From positions 9,194 to 73,193 of the forward strand of contig JALSJQ010000019.1 of assembly GCA_026989275.1 (NCBI GenBank): a stretch of 64,000 nucleotides of DNA, given 5' to 3'. This document shows, piece after piece, positions 59,587 to 64,000 of this stretch; position 1 is the first letter of the stretch; every line of letters starts with the position of its first letter. This DNA comes from Albidovulum sp. (GTDB taxonomy: Bacteria > Pseudomonadota > Alphaproteobacteria > Rhodobacterales > Rhodobacteraceae). The notes under the pieces were generated by a model. It did no database searches, had not been told where the DNA came from, and worked only from the letters and a program-made list of their open reading frames with translations. The translations under genes were made by a program, and so were the position numbers.

Positions 59587-62480
59587 TGCCCGAGCCTCTC
59601 GAGCAGGGCGGGGACGTGGACCTGATCGGACTTGTAGTTCCCCGTCAGCACATACATCACCAGGTTGATGCCGAAGCGCAACGCCCTCTCCCGCTGCATC
59701 TCGCCCTCGTAACCGCTGCCCACCGGCAGGAGCGGCCAGCCCTCCTCGTTCACCGCCCAGGCCCCGATCCAGTCATTGCTGCCGATGAGGACCGGCGACA
59801 CGCCGTCGTTGAGGCGGCGGAAGGGGACGCCGGGCAGGGCCTCGGCCTCGGTCGGGGGCGCCTCGATCCAGACCGTGCCGCCGGCGAAGCGGCCCGGAAA
59901 GCTCTCGATGAGATAGAAGCTGCGGGTGAGGACGTGATCGCGCGGCACCGGGGCAAGGGGCGGCATCTCAAGCGCGCCGGCGATGAGCCTGAGGCGGGTG
60001 CGCGCGGGGGTGTCGGCCCCCGGTGCGGCGAGGGGCGCGTCGCGGGTGTCGAAGACGATCATGCCGCCGGTCGCGAGATAGCGGTCGAGCCGGGCGAGGG
60101 CGGCGGGGCTCGGCATCGGCGTCGAGGCCGTGATCGGCCAGTAGAGGAGGGGGAAGGGGGCGAGGGCGTCCTTCTCCGGATCGACCCGCATCGGCGGACC
60201 GGGCTCGACGGCGGTGCGCTCGGTGAGTGCCTCGGACAGCCCCCGCAGCCCGGCCTCGGCGATCCGGTCCACCGCCGGTTCGCCGCTCGCAAGATAGCCG
60301 AGCGTGGTGCGGGATGCCGCCGCGAGTGCCCGGGCGAGGGCCTCGCCGGCAAGGCGGGGGGGCGGCGGGGCCTGCGGAAGCGGATCGGCGCTGCGGGCGG
60401 GTTCTCCGGCGACGGAGGGGGCGGTGCCGGGGGGCGCTGCGAGACCCTGGGCCCGGCCCGGTGCGGCCGGGGCGAGAGAGAGAAGCGCGAGAACAAGAAG
60501 GGGGGTGCCGGGAGGCGGGTGCCGCCGGCGGTGCAGCGTGCCGCGAAGCAGCAGCATCGCCCCGCTCTCGACGAGAAGCAGCAGGAGCGCGAGAAGGAGG
60601 AGCGGGCCCGCGAGCGGCCGCGGCAGCGGGGCGTCGAGCGGGCGCACGGGCACGTCCGCGGGCCAGCTTGCCGGGGCAAGGACGGCGTCCGGTCCGAAGA
60701 GGTTGACGGGGTGGCGCATCTCGCCGGCGCGATAGAGCCCCGGCGCGATGCCGGGAGCGGGGGCGTCGGCCAGCGCCTCGCCCGGCACGGGGGCGGCATC
60801 GCGCGCAGGGGCGAGGCGGCCGAAGCCGTCCACCAGCCTTTCAGGGTGCCACATGCGCCCGGAAAGGCGCACTGGCGCGCTGATGGCGCTGCCGCGGGGC
60901 GTGGCCAGGCGGCCGAGCATGTCGAGGAAGAGCCGCGAGAGCGGCAGCGACGACCAGTCGGGTGTGGCGGCGACGTGGAACAGCGTGACCGTGCCGCGGC
61001 CCACCGGCTTGCGGGTGACGAGGGGGGTGCCGTCCTCGAGCATGGCGATCGTGCGTTCCGCCAGTTCGGGGTCGGGGGCGGCGAGAAGCTGGCGGCGAAT
61101 GGTGACGTCGTCGGGCAGGGGGATGCCCTGGAAGGGGCTGGCATCGGGGAAGGCGCGCAGTCGCCGCGGGCGCGACCAGCTCATCACCCCGCCGAGCGAC
61201 CGGTCGCCCGGGCGCAGCGTCACCGGCAGGAGCGGGTCGGTCGTGCCCGGCGCCAGCGTGGCGGCGGCCATGCGCGGGCCGGCAAAGCGGACGAGCCGCC
61301 CGCCCTTCTCGACCCAGCGTTCGAGCCGCCGGGTGGTGGCGGGGTCGATGCGGGCGATGTCGGCCAGGACGATGACATCCGGGTTGGCGGCGGCGGCATC
61401 GGCCAGGGTGGCCCGGGCGACGGGGCCGATCTCGCCGAGCGCGGTTTCGAGATAGTGGAGCGGCGAGAGCAGGCGCTCCCTCTCCTCGCCGCCGCGAGGG
61501 GCAACGAGCAGGATCCGCGGCTTGCCCAGCCGTCCGCCCACGAGGGACACGGCCCCGGCCGAGGCAAGCCCCGCGAGGCGGAAATGGTCGATGCGGCCGA
61601 GGAGCTCGGGCGGCAGGGAGAGCCGGATCGGGATGCGGCGCGCGTTCGCGGGAGAAGCGATGGGGCGGCGGACGAGAACGCGGGTTCGGCCGGCCGGATC
61701 ACGGCCGACGATCTCGAGAATGCGCGGAGGCTCCTCCGCGCCGCTTTGCGGCAGCGGGCGGCTCGAGACGAGGGAAAGGCGCAGCGTGCCGTTTCGCTCC
61801 GTCTCGGGGGGCGTGAGTGCCAGCGTCGGGGCGGGGCTCTCGATCACCCGCACCGGCCCCCGGGCCTCGAGCGCGGCCAGGAGTGCGTCCCGTCCTTCGG
61901 CGGCCACCCCGCTCGAGAGCCACAGCGTCGAAAAGGTGAGGGACGGGGCGAGCTTCGCGATCAGCGGCGCCAGACGGGCCGGGGCGTCTGGCCAGGGCTC
62001 CGGGAGAAGGGCGGCCAGATGCGGGCGCAGATCGTCCGGGGTGCGGAAGACGGGCGCCGCGGCGCGTGGCGCGGCGGTGGGCAGCAGGGCGACGGGCCGC
62101 GCCGGATCCGCCTCGATCAGGCGTCGGACGGTCTTGAGCCGTTTCTGCCAGTCGGCGGCCGCGGCCCAGCCATTGTCGATGACGACGAGGAGCGGCCCCC
62201 TGTCGGCGGGAGCGGGCCGCGGATCGAGCACCGGGTCGGCGGCGGCGAGGATCAGCAGGGTGGCAAGGAGCGTTCGCAGGAGAAGCAGCCACCACGGGGT
62301 GCGGGCGGCGGGCCGGTCGCGGTCGCTCAGCTCGGCAAGGAGGGTGACGGCCGGAAAGACGCGGCGGACCGGCGAAGGGGGCGTCGCCCGCATGAGCCAC
62401 CACAGAAGCGGCAGCAGGAGGAGGGCGAGCAGCAGCCACGGATGGCCGAAGCCGATAGGCAGGAAGGGCGGCGCGCTCAT
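59583..62480 (-). CDS. BatA_N (aerotolerance regulator N-terminal, double-TM) plus C-terminal DUF4159 protein
   Basis: MSAPPFLPIGFGHPWLLLALLLLPLLWWLMR is a BatA_N-type start, and the C-terminal ...FGINLVMYVLTGNYKSDQVHVPALLERLGQ is DUF4159-like. 965 aa from the ATG at 62480. The track ORF extension to 63128 is rejected. Confidence 0.75.
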   Translation of the reverse strand: MSAPPFLPIGFGHPWLLLALLLLPLLWWLMRATPPSPVRRVFPAVTLLAELSDRDRPAARTPWWLLLLRTLLATLLILAAADPVLDPRPAPADRGPLLVVIDNGWAAAADWQKRLKTVRRLIEADPARPVALLPTAAPRAAAPVFRTPDDLRPHLAALLPEPWPDAPARLAPLIAKLAPSLTFSTLWLSSGVAAEGRDALLAALEARGPVRVIESPAPTLALTPPETERNGTLRLSLVSSRPLPQSGAEEPPRILEIVGRDPAGRTRVLVRRPIASPANARRIPIRLSLPPELLGRIDHFRLAGLASAGAVSLVGGRLGKPRILLVAPRGGEERERLLSPLHYLETALGEIGPVARATLADAAAANPDVIVLADIARIDPATTRRLERWVEKGGRLVRFAGPRMAAATLAPGTTDPLLPVTLRPGDRSLGGVMSWSRPRRLRAFPDASPFQGIPLPDDVTIRRQLLAAPDPELAERTIAMLEDGTPLVTRKPVGRGTVTLFHVAATPDWSSLPLSRLFLDMLGRLATPRGSAISAPVRLSGRMWHPERLVDGFGRLAPARDAAPVPGEALADAPAPGIAPGLYRAGEMRHPVNLFGPDAVLAPASWPADVPVRPLDAPLPRPLAGPLLLLALLLLLVESGAMLLLRGTLHRRRHPPPGTPLLVLALLSLAPAAPGRAQGLAAPPGTAPSVAGEPARSADPLPQAPPPPRLAGEALARALAAASRTTLGYLASGEPAVDRIAEAGLRGLSEALTERTAVEPGPPMRVDPEKDALAPFPLLYWPITASTPMPSPAALARLDRYLATGGMIVFDTRDAPLAAPGADTPARTRLRLIAGALEMPPLAPVPRDHVLTRSFYLIESFPGRFAGGTVWIEAPPTEAEALPGVPFRRLNDGVSPVLIGSNDWIGAWAVNEEGWPLLPVGSGYEGEMQRERALRFGINLVMYVLTGNYKSDQVHVPALLERLGQ

Positions 62481-63379
62481 CGCACGGGCTCCAGCGCGCG
62501 GACGAGCCAGGCGAGGGCCTCGGTGGCCGACCGGTCGGTGCGGTGGACGGCGAAACGCCAGCCGCGACGGCGGGCGAGAAGGCGCAGTCGCTCGCGCCGC
62601 TCCTCGAGCAGGCGGCGGTAATCGGCGCCGAGCGCGGCGGGCTCCGCGAGTTCCTGCCGCTTCCGGCCGCTGACCGAGACGAATTCGGTCCGCCCCCGAT
62701 AGGGAAAACGCTCCTCGGCCGGGTCGAGGATCTGCAGCAGCGTCAGCCGCGCCGTGCCGGTGGCGAGCCGCTCGAGAAGGTGGTCGAAGGCGTCGCGCGG
62801 CATGAGGAAGTCGGCGATGAGGACGAGATGGCCGTCCCGCGCGGCATGCGCCGCCCCGAGCGGGATCGGCCGGTGGTCCTCGGCGGGTGTCGCGGCAAGC
62901 GCGCCGAGGAGGGCATGGGCCAGCCGCGCGGCGGCCGTGCGGCCCGCTTGCGGCGGCAGCGGCGGGGTGAGCAGCCCGACCTTTTCGCCGCCGTCGATCA
63001 GCAGTTCGCCGAGCGCGAGGGCCAGCACCCGCGCACGCTCGGCCTTGAGAGGCAGTTCGCGGCGCGAGGCGTAGAGCATCGCCGCGCCCTCCTCGACGGC
63101 GAGCCGGATCTCCTGTGCCGCCTGCCATTCCCGTTCGCGCAGATAGAGGGCGTCGTCGCGGGCCGAGCGCCGCCAGTCGATGGCGGCCGCGTCATCCCCG
63201 GCGAGGGCGGGGCGATATTGCCAGAAATCCTCTCCCGCTCCCTTCTGCCGGCGACCATGAAGCCCCAGGGCGACGGTCCGTGCCAGGGCCGCGGCCTCTG
63301 TCCGCAGCCGGCCGATGCGTTCGGCGAGACTTCGGGCCTCGGCGGCCAGATGCGGTGCGGCAGCGGGCGCGGTATTCAC
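62477..63379 (-). CDS. DUF58 domain-containing protein
   Basis: GEDFWQYRPALAGDDAAAIDWRRSARDDALYLRERE is the DUF58 core. ATGA overlaps with both neighbours. Confidence 0.85.
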   Translation of the reverse strand: MNTAPAAAPHLAAEARSLAERIGRLRTEAAALARTVALGLHGRRQKGAGEDFWQYRPALAGDDAAAIDWRRSARDDALYLREREWQAAQEIRLAVEEGAAMLYASRRELPLKAERARVLALALGELLIDGGEKVGLLTPPLPPQAGRTAAARLAHALLGALAATPAEDHRPIPLGAAHAARDGHLVLIADFLMPRDAFDHLLERLATGTARLTLLQILDPAEERFPYRGRTEFVSVSGRKRQELAEPAALGADYRRLLEERRERLRLLARRRGWRFAVHRTDRSATEALAWLVRALEPVR

Positions 63380-64000
63380 GCGGCGGCCTCCTCCCCGGGC
63401 AGGGCATCGCGGATGACCTTGGCGATCACCTGATCGACGGTCCGCCCTTCGGCGCGGGCGGCGAAGTCGAGGGCCATGCGGTGGCGCAGGATCGGTGGGG
63501 CGAGGGCGACGACATCTTCGGGCAGCGGTGCGGGGCGATCCGCGAGAAGGGCGCGGGCCCGCACCGCGAGGGCGAGGGCCTGGGCGGCGCGCGGGCCGGG
63601 GCCCCAGGCGACGCTCTCGCGGACGAAGGCAGGCGCTTCCGCGGCGTCGGGTCGGGCGCGGCGGACGATGTCGAGGATCGTTTCGAGCACAGCCTCTCCC
63701 ACCGGCATGTGCCGCACCAGCGCCTGCGCGCGCAGGAGCTCCGCCGGCGTCAGCACTTGGCGCGGCGCGGCCTCCTCCGCCCCGGTCGTCTCGAGAACGA
63801 TGCGCCGCTCGGCCGCACGGTCGGGATGGGTGATGTCGATCCGCATGAGAAAGCGGTCGAGCTGGGCTTCGGGCAGGGGGTAGGTGCCTTCCTGCTCGAG
63901 CGGGTTCTGGGTCGCCAGCACATGGAAGGGGCGGGGCAGGGGACGAGAAGCGCCGGCGATGGTGACCTTCCGTTCCTGCATCGCCTGCAACAGGGCCGAC
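63376..64000 (-). CDS. MoxR-family AAA+ ATPase, C-terminal part (continues beyond right edge)
   Basis: AMQERKVTIAGASRPLPRPFHVLATQNPLEQEGTYPLPEAQLDRFLM is the MoxR sensor-1 / arginine-finger region. Confidence 0.88.
   Translation of the reverse strand, partial: SALLQAMQERKVTIAGASRPLPRPFHVLATQNPLEQEGTYPLPEAQLDRFLMRIDITHPDRAAERRIVLETTGAEEAAPRQVLTPAELLRAQALVRHMPVGEAVLETILDIVRRARPDAAEAPAFVRESVAWGPGPRAAQALALAVRARALLADRPAPLPEDVVALAPPILRHRMALDFAARAEGRTVDQVIAKVIRDALPGEEAAA

Overview
High-GC (roughly 70% by eye) alphaproteobacterial chromosome segment, probably Rhodobacteraceae-like (inference from gene content and a Hint-domain protein). It is mostly densely packed housekeeping genes. These are fumC, sspB, ispG, prfA-prmC, glnBA, nnr, rimI-tsaB, nifU-like, ilvE, ppaC, a TRAP transporter, hemF, dnaX-ybaB-recR, ffs (SRP RNA), lolDE, rne, amiC, hisBH, nadABC and ugd. 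I saw no tRNA, rRNA, CRISPR array, IS element or phage genes. About 52 CDS are supported; many long ORFs in the track are antisense shadow ORFs typical of high-GC DNA and are rejected.

I cannot point to one clear-cut novel system. The candidates worth follow-up are:
1. A decaying secretion islet around ffs. It has a Hint-domain gene split by an in-frame TAG and wedged between ffs and dnaX. Next to it are a type I secretion ABC protein whose ATPase motifs look dead, a HlyD adaptor with a large low-complexity insert, and about 930 bp of ORF-free DNA.
2. A recurrent palindrome, GTGATCAC(GAA), found five times in intergenic DNA: a tandem pair upstream of fumC, an orphan pair at 8.4 kb, and a single site upstream of lolE. 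It matches no operator I recognise.
3. A three-gene sensory module: a periplasmic molybdopterin-oxidoreductase-fold protein, a membrane histidine kinase with degenerate ATP-binding and receiver regions, and a soluble HK-REC-Hpt hybrid.
4. A translationally coupled MoxR / DUF58 / BatA_N-DUF4159 / large membrane protein operon of unknown function.
5. A 370-nt nadA leader with a direct repeat and a terminator-like hairpin on the opposite strand.

All family assignments rest on motif recognition by eye, not on database searches.
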